DNA from: Hypanus sabinus
Taxonomy: Eukaryota
DNA length: 64,000 bases
Direction of reading: 5' to 3'
Assembly (NCBI RefSeq): GCF_030144855.1
Contig: NC_082709.1
Coordinates: forward strand, 37,324,001 to 37,388,000
In this document: in pieces, positions 13,431 through 24,665 of the stretch
How the letters are laid out: each line of letters starts with the position of its first letter
Position numbering within the stretch: the first letter of the stretch is position 1
The notes under the pieces: model-generated
Told to the model about the DNA's origin: nothing
Seen by the model: only the letters and a program-made list of their open reading frames with translations
Database searches by the model: none
Position numbers and translations under genes: made by a program

Positions 13431-14110
13431 AATATCACATTTAACTCCATCATCCAAGTTATTCTTATATGTTGTGAAAAGCTGAGGCCCAATACTGACT
13501 CTGGAGTACATCTCGTACCATCCAGAACCTAATCTAATCCCAGCCTGTTTCCATACATCAATCAATTTTCAATCTGTATCAATATAACATTCATGAGTCT
13601 ATCCCATGTTCTTTCCTGCAGAAAATATGCATCGTTTATGATTAATTTTATTTTGTTCTTGTGAATGGTTCTTACGGTGCTATGTTCCTGCATTGTTGTT
13701 GCAAATACAATTTTCTTTGCACCTGTGTATACATGTGGATATGGCATTCTGACAGCATGTGCATATGTCAGTAAACTCAGCTTTAACTTTGTATACTAAC
13801 TTCTTACGTGAGACTTCTGTCAAGGCCTTCTGATCCAGATTCCCTATGTCTATGTGATTTCCCTTTCACAAATTGATGTTGACTTGTTTAAACTCTGTTG
13901 ATATTTTCCAAGAGTCCCGTTACCACAACCTGCATAATAAATTCTAGAGTTTTTATTGCACTGACAATAAACTAACAGATATGTGTGAAATTGTTCTCTT
14001 TCTTTCTCCTTTCACTACATAGTGGTGTTCCTTTTGGCAATCTTCAATCTGCAGCAACCATTCCATAATCTGCTGACTTTTGCAAGGTGACAACCAATGC
14101 ATCCACTGTT

Positions 14111-14335
14111 TCACAAAGAAGAGAAATTCTGCAGATGCTTGAAATCCAAGCAACACACTACAACATTCTCGGGGAACTTTCCAGGCCAGGCAGCATCTAT
14201 GGAAAAGCATGGACAGTCGACATTTCAGGCTGAGACCCTTCATCGGTCCTGATGAAGAGTCCGGACCTGAAATGTTGACTGTTTACTTTTAGATGCTGCC
14301 TGGCCTGCTGAGTTCCCCCAGAATTTTGTGTGTGT
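14111..14335. mobile_element. Palindromic Penelope-derived insertion with head-to-head hammerhead-like cores
   Basis: 13-bp direct repeat TGCATCCACTGTT at 14098-14110 and 14336-14348. Two imperfect inverted arms of about 90 bp centred near 14247. Confidence 0.75.
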
Positions 14336-15589
14336 TGCATCCACTGTTCCCCTGGTTTTCTGTTTTAGAGATGCTGTTTACGTGGTTCTATGGATTTATC
14401 AAATTTTATCCGTTAATACTACTAGCACTATTGTTTAAACATGAATTTTCTCTTATTCCTCCTTTTTCTGAGCATCTTGATCCATACTTTTTCTGCAGTT
14501 AATTGTGTTTTATTCCATGAAGACAAAACCAAGGTATTTGTTTATTTGCTCCAGCATTTTTTCTCAATGTTATCAATTCATTTAAACCTTCTGTTTTTTC
14601 TACTTCTGATCTGATTTTTCGTACTTACCTGTTTGTCCAAAGAATTTGATTGCTTATATTTAATCACTAAAATAATGTGAATCAATTACATTTTAATTCT
14701 AAAACAACCATTTTTAAAAGCATTTTTTGAAAACTAAATTCCATTGTACTTCTTTGTGAATTTAGAGGCTAAAAGGTAGACAAGATTATTGCTTTTGTTT
14801 AAATGTTAGCATCCCATTTTCTTTCTGTGCAAACAAATGTTGCTGGCATGAATTCTGTTTCATTCTAAATAAATACCCAAGCTGGGAAAGATAAACAGCT
14901 GTGAAATATAAGTGCACAAGGCCCTGCATACAGCAGTGATGTTTCTGAGTTTAATATTTGTAGGAGCAGGACGTAGTGTCCCAGAAGTGATCAGTCAGGA
15001 TTTTTTATTCCCTTGTTGCTGCTCCTGCTACTTCTGTAGAACGTTGCAGAGTTGCTGGGGTGGGCACCAGAGTCTTCTATTGGCCTTATTTACCCTCACT
15101 GTGTCACCCAGAGCTCCCTTATGCCATTACTGCACTGACAGGCATGGATCATTTGCCAAGCACATCCTCTTCAGAACTGTGCGCAAATGTGCCTAAGATA
15201 AGTATTTTATATATTTATGAACTTGGAAAGAGTAGAGTTTTTTTTAAATATAGTTCCAGATAAGCCACTTGGAACACTTTTATTTTCTGGATTGGATGTT
15301 GTACCGATGTGGGGTCTTGCAACTGATCAAAAATGGACCACAGTTCCTATGTTGTGGCCCAGGATGGACTTGACCACTTAGCTGGAACTGTCAGTAGCCC
15401 GAAATACTTTACAATTTATGCTTTTGCTCTTCCTTTAGTGGCCTCAGTGGTCAGCAAGCTTGCCTGCCATGTTGCCCACTGCCCTTTCCAGTAAGAGGCA
15501 GCACACTGGACACAACGACCTCTCTGAGGCCAACCAATAGTGTTTTTAAAATGTCCTTTTTACAACCATGAGATAATGCTGGAAGTTAA

Positions 15590-16430
15590 GAACTTTAGGT
15601 ACTGCTGTTCTACCCCATCAGCCGGTTGCATGTTGGCGGAGGAGCTGGAAGGACTTGATTTGGTGTGGATCATGTTGCCGCCTGCTATTGAAAGGAGTTG
15701 GATTCACTGCACAAAGGCAGTGTGCAGGCTTAACAACCAGTGATTTTCTTGGGGCATTTTTCCTGCGGTTTGCAAGACTCTGTTGGACATTGGTAATGTA
15801 AAAAAAACTGCAACTCTGGTTCAGCGGTGTATTGGCGAGACCAACGGCAAGGGAGCTGCATGGTTTCGGTTGTAGCAAGGAGCATGTCTCATGCCACGGT
15901 CTTGCCTGTGCAGCAGTCCAAGAGGAGACCCATTGGAGGTGGTGTGGCATGGCATCCATGCTCAATTGTTGGCAGAGTTTCAGCTGGTGATGAGAGGGTG
16001 TACAAGGGCAAGATATGCCAGCTAGTTGAGTAGTTTCATTGCAACAACCTTGCTATCAACATCAGTAAGACCAAGGAGCTGATTGTAGACTTCAAAGAGA
16101 GGGTAAGACAAGGGAACACAAATCAATCCACATAGATGGATCAGAAGTGGAGAGTGTGAGCAATTTCAGGTTCCTGGGTGTCAGTATCTCTGTGGACCTA
16201 ACCTAGCCCTGACATGTCGATGCAGGATAAAGAAGACAAAACAGTAGCTATTGGTTCAGGCCACCTAAAACACTCAAACATCTACAGATGCACCATGAAG
16301 AGCATAATGACGTGTTATAAAATTAGTCGGCTCCATCACTACCTCAGGAAAGTGGTGTCCATCAGTAAGGATCCCCGTCACCCAGGACATGCCCTCTTCT
16401 CATTATTACCATCGGGAAGGAGAATAGAGC
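15590..16430 (+). mobile_element. Rex1/Babar-like LINE remnant
   Basis: caacaaccttgctatcaacatcagtaagaccaaggagctgattgtagacttc and HPGHALFSLLPSGRR. The 5' part (EELEGLDLVWIMLPP) resembles 42160-42230 on the minus strand. Confidence 0.7.
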
Positions 16431-17052
16431 AAACAGTAGATGAGGTGATTAAATAGAAGGGCCGAGGAAGCAGTTACAATATTTTGGGACTAGTGAAGTG
16501 CTTTGTTTTGTGTGATTGAGGTACACCTTCCAAAAAGGGTACAGGCAGTCCTCGGGTTATCCATCTTGAAAGAGCTTGAAAACCAAGCTGCTCACTAGTC
16601 AGGAATGGAGAATAACAATGTGTGGGAGAGAATTACAGAAACAGCGGTTACAGCAGAGGGAGCAGAGGGCTCACTGATTCCATAAGATCTGCCCAGTTTG
16701 ACCCAGCCTCCAATTGTTGCAGCTCACAGAGAAGGCACATGGAAATTGCGGTTTCCTCCCAGCGGAAAATGCCCACAGCAGCCGGTAGACACGTCCCTCT
16801 GGCCTCTGAAACACTCATTCACATGTATGTTCTGTCCATAATTCAGGCATTCAAAATCTGTAATTAAAAAGATCTTTGCTGAAAATTGTTGTTTTTCTAT
16901 ATTAGTTATTTTAATAAATGTGTTAGAGAATGATTACTTGTATCATACCAGATGAGAATTGAATAAATGATACCTAATGATTCAAAGGTGAATGTTATGT
17001 TTTCATGCATAAAAATCGTCAGTTTTTTAATAATTACAATGATCTCTTTCAG

Positions 17053-17124
17053 TTCCTTGGCAATGCTGAAGTCGAACAACCAAAGGGTACTGAAAGTGCA
17101 AAGGATGCTGTTCGCAAGCTCAAG
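17053..17124 (+). CDS. GULP1: GULP1 coding exon (start of PTB domain), [24 protein letters not shown]
   Basis: Acceptor ctctttcAG at 17051-17052 and donor GTacaa at 17125; 72 nt, phase 0. Matches the recalled human GULP1 segment [24 protein letters not shown]. Confidence 0.96.
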
Positions 17125-18039
17125 GTACAAGTTAACTTAATTTACTGCTCCTGTAAATTTTGCCTGATATATTTCTCACTGAGGCTGAAGTTAACCACTT
17201 CCTTGGCCCACTGATGCCCCTAACTGGTTACTGGATGAGTGTGCATTTAGAATCAATCAGGAAAATAGCTAACTCCTTAACTATCAGATTTCGATTGTGT
17301 CAAGGTGCTTAATTTATGCAATTTTTTTGGGAAGAAATATGGAGTTACACTTTGATTGCAATTAATTAGTGAAGCAATAATTTTCCCACAATTGACCTGC
17401 TCATTAACTTTCACTTCATGCACCTATAGCTGATCTCCTTCATCCAAATAAATAAATGCATTTCTTCCTCAAAGATGTATTTGTTTTTTTTTCTTTTATA
17501 GGAATCTGAAGGCAATAATGTGAATCCAATAATTTGCAAAGATGTAGGTCAGAAGCATAAAAATTTAGAGAGAAATCCTGAATCCCAAAACTGGACTTAA
17601 TGTACTAACATTGACTGTTTTCAAAGGTTTAATTTTTCCCTGTCAAATAGAACGTAGAACTCTATAGCACAAGAACAGTCCCCTTGGCCCAAGATATTGT
17701 ACTGAAATAATTAAACTAATGTCACTTAATCCCTTCTAGCTGCACATGGCCCATAATCCTCCAATCTCTGCATATTCATGTGACTATCTAGGGGCCACTT
17801 ACATAGCTCTAATGAATACTGCCACCACTCCTGGCGATGTATTCCAGGTACTGACCACTCTCTATTTTGTAAAGCTTGCGCCACATATCTCCTTTGAACT
17901 TTCCCCTCTTTACTTTAAATACACCCTATCCTCGATATATGCGGGAGATACGTTCCTCACAGTTGACGCATAATGTGAATAATTATTTAAATGGAGAAAA
18001 CAGGGATGCGTTCTGGAGGGCTTCCTAAATATGTTTTAT

Positions 18040-21000
18040 AGACAATAGGTGCAGGAGTAGGCCATTCGGCCCTTTAATCCAGCACCGCCATTCACTGTGA
18101 TCATGGCTGATCATCCACAATCAGTACCCTGTTCCTGCTTTCTCCCCATATCCCTTGACTCTGCTATCTTTAAGTCTATCTAACTCTTTCTTGAAAGCAT
18201 CCAGAGAATTGGCCTCCACTGCCTTCTGAGGCAGAGCATTCCACAGATCCACAACTCTGTGGGTGAAAAAGTTTTTCCTCAACTCAGTTCTAAATGGCCT
18301 ACCCCTTATTCTTAAACTGTGGCCTCTGGTTCTGGACTCCCCCCAACATCGGGAACATGTTTCCTGCCTCCAGCGTGTCCAATCCCTTAATAATCTTATA
18401 TGTTTCAATCATATCCCCTCTCATCCTTCTAAATTCCAGTGTATACAAGCCCAGTCACTCCAATCTTTCAAAATATGACAGTCCCGCCATTCCTGGAATT
18501 AACCTTGTGAACCTACACTGCACTCCCTCAATAGCAAGGATATCCTTCCTCAAATTTGGAGACCAAAACTGCACAGAGTATTCCAGGTGTGGTCTCACGA
18601 GGGCCCTGTACAACTGCAGAAGGACCTCTTTGTTCTTATATTTAACTTCCCTTGTTATGAAGGCCAACATGCCATTAGCTTTCTTCACTGCCTGCTGTAC
18701 CTGCATGCTTACTTTCAGTGACTGATGTACAAGAACACCTAGATCTTGTTGTACTTCCCCTTTTCCTAACTTGACACCATTCAGATAGTAATCTGCCTTC
18801 CTGTTCTTGCCACTAAAGTGGATAACCTCACATTTATCCACATTAAACTGCATCTGCCATACATCTTCACACTCGCCCAACCTGTCCAAGTCACCCTGCA
18901 TTCTCTTAACATCCTCCTCATATTTCACACTGCCACCCTTTGTGTCATCTGCAAATTTGCTAATGTTACTTTTAATCCCTTCATCTAAATCATTAATGTA
19001 TATTGTAAATAGCTGTGGTCCCAGCACCGAGCCTTGCGGTACCCCACTAGCCACTGCCTGCCATTCTGAAAGGGACCTGTTAATCCCTACTCTTTGTTTC
19101 CTGACTGCCAGCTAATTTTCTATCCATGTCAGTACCCTACCCTTAATACCATGTTCTCTAATTTTGCCCACTAATCTCCTATGTGGGACCTTATCAAAGG
19201 CTTTCTGAAAGCCCAGGTATTCTACATCCACTGGCTCTTCCTTGTCCATTTTCATAGTTACATCCTCAAAAAAATTCCAGAAGATTAGTCAAACATGATT
19301 TCCCTTTCGTTAATCCATGCTGACTTGGACCGATCCTGTTACTACTATCCAAATGTGCTGCTATTTCATCTTTTATAATTGACTCCAGCATCTTCCCCAC
19401 CACTGATGTCAGGCTAACTGGTCTATAATTCCCTGTTTTCTCTCTCCCTCCTTTCTTAAAAAGTGGGATAACATTAGCTACCCTCCAATCCTCAGGAACT
19501 GATCCTGAATCTATAGAACATTGGAAAATGATTAACAATGCGTCCACGATTTCTAGAACCACCTCCTTAAGTACTCTGGGATGCAGACCATCAGGCCCTG
19601 AGGATTTATCAGCCTTCGGTCCTATCAGTCTACCCAACACCATTTTCTGCCGAATGTGAATTTCCTCCAGTTCCTCCGTTACCCTAAGTCCTCTGGCCAC
19701 TATTACATCTGGGAGATTGTCTGTGTCTTCCCTAGTGAAGACAGATCCAAAGTACTTGTTCAACTCGCCTGCCATTTCCTTGTTCCCCATAATAAGTTCG
19801 CCCGTTTCTGTCTTCAAGGGCCCAACTTTGGTCTTAACTGATTTTTTCCTCTTCACATACCTAAAGAAGCTTTTACTATCCTCCTTTATGTTCTCGGATA
19901 GCTTACCTCCGTACCTCATCTTTTCTCCCTGTATTGCCTTTTTAGTTACCTTCTGCTGCTCTTGAAAAGTTTCCCAATCCTCGGGCTTCCCGCTCATTTT
20001 TGCTATGTTATACTTCTCTTATATTTTTATACTGTCCTTGACTTCCCTTGTCAGCCATGGTTGCCCCCTACTCCCCTTAGAATCTTTCTTCTTCTTTGGA
20101 ATGAATTGATCCTGCACCTTCTGTATTATTCCCAGAAATATCTGCCATTGTTGTTCCACTGTCATCCCTGCTAGGGTATCCTTCCAGTCAATTTTGGCCA
20201 GCTCCTCCCTCATTGATCCATAGTCCCCTTTGTTCAACTATAATACTGACACTTCTGATTTTCCCTTCTCCCTCGCAAATTGTAGATTAAGGTTTATCAT
20301 ATTATGGTCACTACCTCCTAATGGCTTCTTTACCTCGAGTTCCCTTATCAAATCCGGTTCATTACGCAACACTAAATCTAGAATTGCCTTCTCCCTGGTA
20401 GGCTCCAGTACAAGCTGCTCTAAGAATCCATCTCGAAGGCACTCCACAAACTCCCTTACTTGGGGTCCAGTACCAACCTGATTTTCCCAGTCTACTTGCA
20501 TGTTGAAATCCCCCATAACAACTTGCACACTCTATCCAAGCTACTATTTGGGGGCCTGTAGGTAACTCCCATTCGGGTCTTTTTGCCCTTACAATTTCTC
20601 AGTTCTATCCATACTGACTCTATGTCTCCTGATTCTATGTCACCCCTCACAAGGGACTGAATTTCATTCCTCACCAACAGAGCCACCCCACCCCCTCTGC
20701 CCACCTGTCTTTCCTTTTGTTAGTATATATACCCTTGAATATCCATTTCCCAGCCCTGGTCCTCTTGCAGCCATGTCTCTGTTATTCCTACAATATAATA
20801 CTTGCCAATTTCCAACTGTGCCTCAAGCTCATCCACCTTATTTCTTATACTTAGCGCATTTGTATATAATACTTTAAATCCATTACTCCCCTTACCTCTC
20901 ACACTGATTCCTATTGCTCTTGGCCATACTCTCCAATCCTTTCCTGAGCTTTCTGCCCCATTAATTCTGTTGTCTTTCTTAACTTCTCTTATTCTCTCTT

Positions 21001-21100
21001 TCCCTTTAACTCCATCCCTATATTTCCAGTTCACCTCCCCCCCCCCACCCCACTATTTAGTTTAAACACACCCATGTAGCAGTGGCCACCCTGCTTGCCA
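18040..21100 (-). mobile_element. Long CR1 LINE (APE endonuclease + RT) inserted in the Tigger-like element
   Basis: APE motifs YTNALSIRNK, GITETWL, MGDFN, GGSDHN; RT motifs NYRPVSLTS, SGVPQGSVLGP, KFADDTK; 3' tail at 18040. Multiple frameshifts. Confidence 0.95.
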
Positions 21101-21513
21101 GAGTACTGTATCTGTAACTTATTCGCATTTTCATACCAATATGACACAAAAGCAGTACCACAAGGCAACATTCATATTATATTTCATCAATTTAAGGTAA
21201 TATGCAATGTAATAAATCATAGAAAGTTACCATACTACGATGTACACCAACAGTGGGAGGTGTGTTGGTTCCGGGAGTTGAGTGGTTGTTGTGGTGTTGG
21301 GCAGCTTTTCATGGATGAGTTGGATGGTTGTGTGTCATCAGGAGCATCAAGGACAGCAAGGGGTGAAGGAAGACTCACAGAACTCTCACAGACCTGACCT
21401 CTTTCCAGGATTCATCAATGTTGTTGATGGCATGTCTGATGTTGAAGGACTTCCACCATTCCCTCACCGTTGGTAAACTCCCAGGATTTTCAAAATCAAG
21501 ATTTTCAAAATTT

Positions 21514-22142
21514 TCAAAAGGTTGCTTGCAGCATCTGAGAGATAGTTCGCCGTAAAAAATACACCCTGACTGTGGATATCACACCTTGGTGGAGTGGTTG
21601 AATCAGCGATGTTGCGTTAGGCAGCAGGAAACACCCTGTTAAGTTAGGATGACTGCTGTCCAAATGTTTAGGATGGGCTGGCGCATTGTCAAGCAACTAT
21701 AGAACTTTAAAGGCAAGATTCTGTTCCTGGCAGTAGCGTTCAGCCTCAACAGCAAAATGATTAGCAAACCAATCCCCTTCAAAGATTTGTCCAGTGACCC
21801 ATGCTTTCTTGTTAGCTGCCCAGTGGACAGGAAGCAGATTGTTACTCAAACCCTTAAGAGCACGGGGGTTTAGTGAATGGTAAACTAAGAGAGGCTTCAT
21901 CTTACAGTCTTCTTCTGCATTGGAACACATAAGCAAAGTCAGTCTATCCTTTGCTGCCTTGAAACCCGACGCAGTTTTTTCATCCTTACTTATGTAAGTA
22001 CGTTTCGGCATACACTTCCAGAAAAGCCCGGTCTCATCTGATGCTGCCTTGTTTATAATTTCCCACTTTTTTTGAAGTGTTAAAGCGGTTCTCTGCTGCT
22101 TGGCTGATGGCCAGAACTTGACATCGGACACTTAGGAGGCAT
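21514..22142 (-). pseudogene. Defective pogo/Tigger DDE_1 transposase
   Basis: TALTLQKKWEII (HTH start) fused directly to DETGLFWKCMPKRTY...KDRLTLL, followed by LDNAPAH and IQPLHQGVI (third Asp lost). Contains an in-frame stop and deletions. Confidence 0.88.
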
Positions 22143-22461
22143 AGTTAAATATTTCAAGCACAAAATCACTGCAGTGTAGGTAAAAACAACAAAAGTTTAA
22201 GAGTGCAAGATTGCACATCCATACATTGCCAAAACCAATGTGAGGCTGGCGGGAGTGAGACTGTGAGGTGTGTGCACGTGACTTCTGTTGGCAGGAAAGC
22301 AGTGCTCCTCGCATAACTGTGAATTTTGGACGCATATAAGGAGACGTTGGTAGAAGTAGGTTCCTCGCATAACTGTGAAGGCGCATATAATGAGGATAGG
22401 GTGTATATGCCCACCAGTCATTTTGATCTTGAGAGAGTCGCACTGGCTGTCCACTCTATTT

Positions 22462-22737
22462 ACATAGAAACATGGAAATTGGCAGCACATTACAGGCCCT
22501 TCAGCCCACAGCATTGTGCCAACCATGTAACCTACTTTAGCAGCTGCTGAGAATTTCCCTACCGCATAGCCCTCTTTTTCTGAGTACGTACCTATCTAAA
22601 AGTCTCTTAAAAGACCCTATTGTATCTGTCTCTACCACCTTCACTTGCAGTTCACTCCATGCACCCATCCCTCTCTCTGTGAAAAACTTACCTCTAACAT
22701 CCCTCTTGTACCTTCATCCAAGCACCTTAAAATTACA
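22462..22737 (-). mobile_element. CR1 3' fragment inserted in an older CR1 (17645-17921 plus 22404-22965)
   Basis: acatagaaacatggaaa...caggcccttcagcccac tail. The host CR1 text resumes at cctctcataat. Confidence 0.75.
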
Positions 22738-24665
22738 CCTCTCATAATATTATAAACTTCTATAAGTCTCCCTTCAGCTTCCACTGCTCCAGAGAAAACA
22801 AGTCTGGTTTGTCCAGCCTCTCCTTATAATACCTGCCTTCTGATACTTGCAGCACCTTTTCTACACCCTCTCCGAGGCTTCCACATCCTTCCTATCAGAA
22901 TTGAATACAATACTTCAAATGCAGCCTAGCCAGAGTTTTAGAAAGCTCCAATGTAGTTTCCTGATTAGTGCAGTAGTCCTAATTTTAATGGAAACAGCAA
23001 CAGGTTATTCCTTACACCAGTGCGCTGACGTAAAGGCAGAAAATGCTGAGCACACTCAGTAGGTCGGTAGCATCTCTGGAAAATAAATAGTTAACAATAC
23101 AGATCAGGCACCCTTTTCCAGAAGCAGAAATTTCAGCTGTTTCGCTTTCAATGGATGCTTTCTAACCTGTTGAGTGTTTACAGAATTTTCTTTTGTTTTT
23201 CTTTCATATTTCCCACATCTGCAGTTTTTATAGTTTGCTGTCAGAACACACTTGTGCTGGTTATTATGAAGTTAAGTGATGAACTCCAGCTTGTTCTGAT
23301 TTCCCAGTGTTTAGGTTAGTGAATTCCATCCAATGTCCTCCATCATATTAGACTGAGATGAACGTCCCATTGATTTCAGTGGTGGCAGATATTAGTCAAA
23401 GGGAGAGCAGTTCATTTTTCAAAAATAATTCTGTTTAAATTAACATTTTAATTATTTATAGGTTTTTAGGTGGTTTTAAATAAAAATGAAAAATAGTTGA
23501 AATTTAGTATGGTCTTGAGAAATCCCTGAATGTCAAAGATGTTCAAAAGCTAATAAAATTCCCCCATTGTTTTATAGCTGTCAAAGCTGGAGGCAGACCT
23601 CTAGCTGTTGAAGCTCGAAGGGGTTGAGTGTCCTGAGTTTGTAGGAAGCTCTTCGTTCTCTCAGCTTATGCTACTGGAGATCAATGTGCTGTAGCCAGCA
23701 AGAATGTACTCCTCCCTGCAGATGGACCTAAGGAGACCTGGGCCCACCAGTTACATATAATGCACCCAAGGTTATAAGATTCAGCTCATTACTCATTAGT
23801 CAGATGAATGTGTCATTGGATAGAGTTACGGTTTTCATTGTGCCTCTGTGAAACTTCATTATCCATCAAGGCTGCCTGTTTAATGACAGCCCCAAGTGAC
23901 AGAATTTACAAACTTATTCTTAAGAAGTTGTTTTTTTTTAAGACAACATTTTACCTTTCACTCAGTAGTATGGAATGATGATGCATTGTAGAAATTATAA
24001 AAAGACCAAATAGCTGCTAGCAGTTAATGAGGAGAATGTAAAATGTATATTTTTATTGACTAATGTTTGTCATGAGGCTTTTGCACATTATTGATTGGTG
24101 CTGAAATGTTTGTAAAAATCAACATCATTCATACTGATCTGCATTTTCTCAATTGTCAGGCGTAAAGTATTTGGTGGTTCTTTGGCAGTTTATGATGAGA
24201 ACATGAACTATAGATCAACCTACAGAGATGAAAGTAAGAGGAAAATCTCTTGGAGCTCAGCACGTCACTGACAAAAAGGTGTTCTCCTTCTGAAAGCTCA
24301 TAAAATAAAATGTGATGAGATATTATCAGATGAGAGATGGAAAGTGGAAACTTAAATAGCCACATGAGAGCTTTGGGTGGGAGGGGGAAGATCACCTGCA
24401 TCAGAAAAAAATGGAATATAGAGCATTACAACACAGTACAGGGCCTTTGGCCCAAGATGTTGTACTGACAATTTAACCTACTCTAACATTAATCTATCCT
24501 TCCCTCCTACATAGCTGTCTATTTTTCTATTATCCCTGTGCCTATCTTAAGAGTTTCTTCAATACCCTTAATATATCTGCCCCTATCACCACCCCTGGCA
24601 GGGAGTTCCATGCACCCACCACTCTGTGTTTTTAAAAAAATGACTGCTCTGGTATCCTCCTATAC

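Larger units (their letters stand above)
17922..22403 (-). mobile_element. pogo/Tigger-like (Tc1/mariner superfamily) DNA transposon, internally deleted and interrupted by a CR1
   Basis: 22-bp TIRs CACCCTATCCTCgaTATATGCG (17922) and CGCATATAatGAGGATAGGGTG (ending 22403), each flanked by TA. Confidence 0.9.

Noticed and set aside
11667-13492. 243-aa and 249-aa minus-strand ORFs
   Set aside because: They are antisense shadows of the CR1 RT on the + strand and have no independent motifs.
16543-16562. CAGGCAGTCCTCGGGTTAT, a Tigger-like TIR after TA
   Set aside because: No partner TIR or transposase was found nearby, and it is too short to call.
1-17052. Upstream GULP1 exon (KTWMHTPEAL...YNAK)
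   Set aside because: I could not find a matching sequence with splice sites. It is probably upstream of the window, though a missed short exon cannot be excluded.
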